This document shows positions 15,603 to 16,383 of a DNA stretch of 16,383 nt, piece after piece. A model generated the notes under the pieces. The model saw only the letters and a list, made by a program, of their open reading frames with translations, searched no databases and was not told where the DNA came from. Position numbers and translations under genes: made by a program. The stretch lies in IMG/VR virus record IMGVR_UViG_2630968533_000009. The stretch is one strand, 5' to 3'. The first letter of the stretch is position 1. Every line of letters begins with the position of its first letter. Source of the DNA: a virus. Taxonomy: Duplodnaviria; Heunggongvirae; Uroviricota; Caudoviricetes.

Positions 15603-16383
15603 ACATTACCGTTTGATACAGCAAATTATCTAGCTCCCGAACATCTCCATCTCGACTGTCCGGTAAAATCGGTGGAATTTCCCCGCGCGCCAGTTCCGCG
15701 CGAATAAACGCATGCAATAAAGGACGGCGCAGTCCATATTCCGCTTCACTCGCACGCTGTTTACGCTCCAGCAATTCATCTATTTCTGCGCGTAAGGCCG
15801 CATCCAACTCACTTCCCGCCAGTAACTCGGCAAAGCGCATTGGCGGCACGCCTTTTCCCGCTTCAACCCAGCGTACGGCCAGCAGCGGGCGCAGCACGTA
15901 AAAGTATTTTTTCAGTCGAACTTCGTCGCCCTGTAAATAACCGCGAAAGTTTTTCTGCGCCATCGAATAGTAATGCCAACGCGCGCGCAACGAAGAAAAC
16001 CACATTGGGACCATTGCCTTAAGCGCCGTTATCGTTTCTTCATCTTGTTGATAGACCACCGGAGAATCCAGCCATTCTATCAGCGTCGGATTCGCGCCTT
16101 TCAATAATCCCAGCGCCTTACGCCACTCCCAACCGGAAACATCTAACTCGTCGTCGATAGGCAGTTCGATAACATCGCGCGGTGACTCTACACGCAGATA
16201 CCATTCTAGCGGATGGACATACAAAAACCGTACATCGTAGTCGCTATCGGGCGAGGCAAATCCCCAGCCGCGGCTGCCTGATTCACAGGCGTACAGCACT
16301 TTCACGCCATAGCGACGTTCTATTTCTTTTAACTGCTGCGATACCCGTTCGCGCATCGCAGCACTGACTCCATTTAATGGCAT
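15592..16383 (-). CDS. Nucleotidyltransferase (Pol-beta superfamily), probably outside the tail locus
   Basis: N-terminal ESGSRGWGFASPDSDYDVRF matches the GS-x(n)-D-x-D nucleotidyltransferase signature. ATG lies exactly at the window end (16381..16383), so the true start may be upstream. Convergent with the tail operon. Confidence 0.6.
   Translation of the reverse strand: MPLNGVSAAMRERVSQQLKEIERRYGVKVLYACESGSRGWGFASPDSDYDVRFLYVHPLEWYLRVESPRDVIELPIDDELDVSGWEWRKALGLLKGANPTLIEWLDSPVVYQQDEETITALKAMVPMWFSSLRARWHYYSMAQKNFRGYLQGDEVRLKKYFYVLRPLLAVRWVEAGKGVPPMRFAELLAGSELDAALRAEIDELLERKQRASEAEYGLRRPLLHAFIRAELARGEIPPILPDSRDGDVRELDNLLYQTVMCRA

Noticed and set aside
1-16383. CRISPR arrays, tRNA or rRNA genes, insertion sequences
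   Set aside because: No regularly spaced direct repeats, no cloverleaf-like conserved tRNA segments noticed, and no transposase-like ORF.

Overview
The window reads as a compact phage-derived contractile-tail locus of Mu-like/P2-like ancestry in an enterobacterial-type background. All calls are from reading the sequence and the ORF track; no searches were run and family names are from memory. A Mor/C-family activator (1..348, minus) is transcribed divergently from a plus-strand lysis cassette (putative holin, signal-bearing SLT-type lytic transglycosylase, membrane coiled-coil protein; 886..2108). A strong intrinsic terminator follows, then an uninterrupted tail module runs from 2253 to 15126 (two small tail proteins, sheath, tube, chaperone, tape measure, gpU-like, gpX, gpD, gpV, gpW, gpJ, gpI, tail fiber, fiber assembly protein). 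An unassigned 151-aa gene is translationally coupled to its end, and a convergent nucleotidyltransferase gene closes the window. No capsid, portal, terminase, integrase or transposase gene is present, so this looks like a headless tailocin-like element or a head-deleted prophage remnant. A near-consensus LexA box (570..589) sits in the AT-rich divergent control region, suggesting SOS control. Other points: a low-GC receptor-binding cassette across the fiber C-terminus and fiber assembly gene, tandem repeats and HxH repeats in the fiber, an unusually extended gpU-like protein, a chaperone with only a +1-frame extension, and a possible His...Cys thiol-hydrolase fold in the terminal 151-aa gene.
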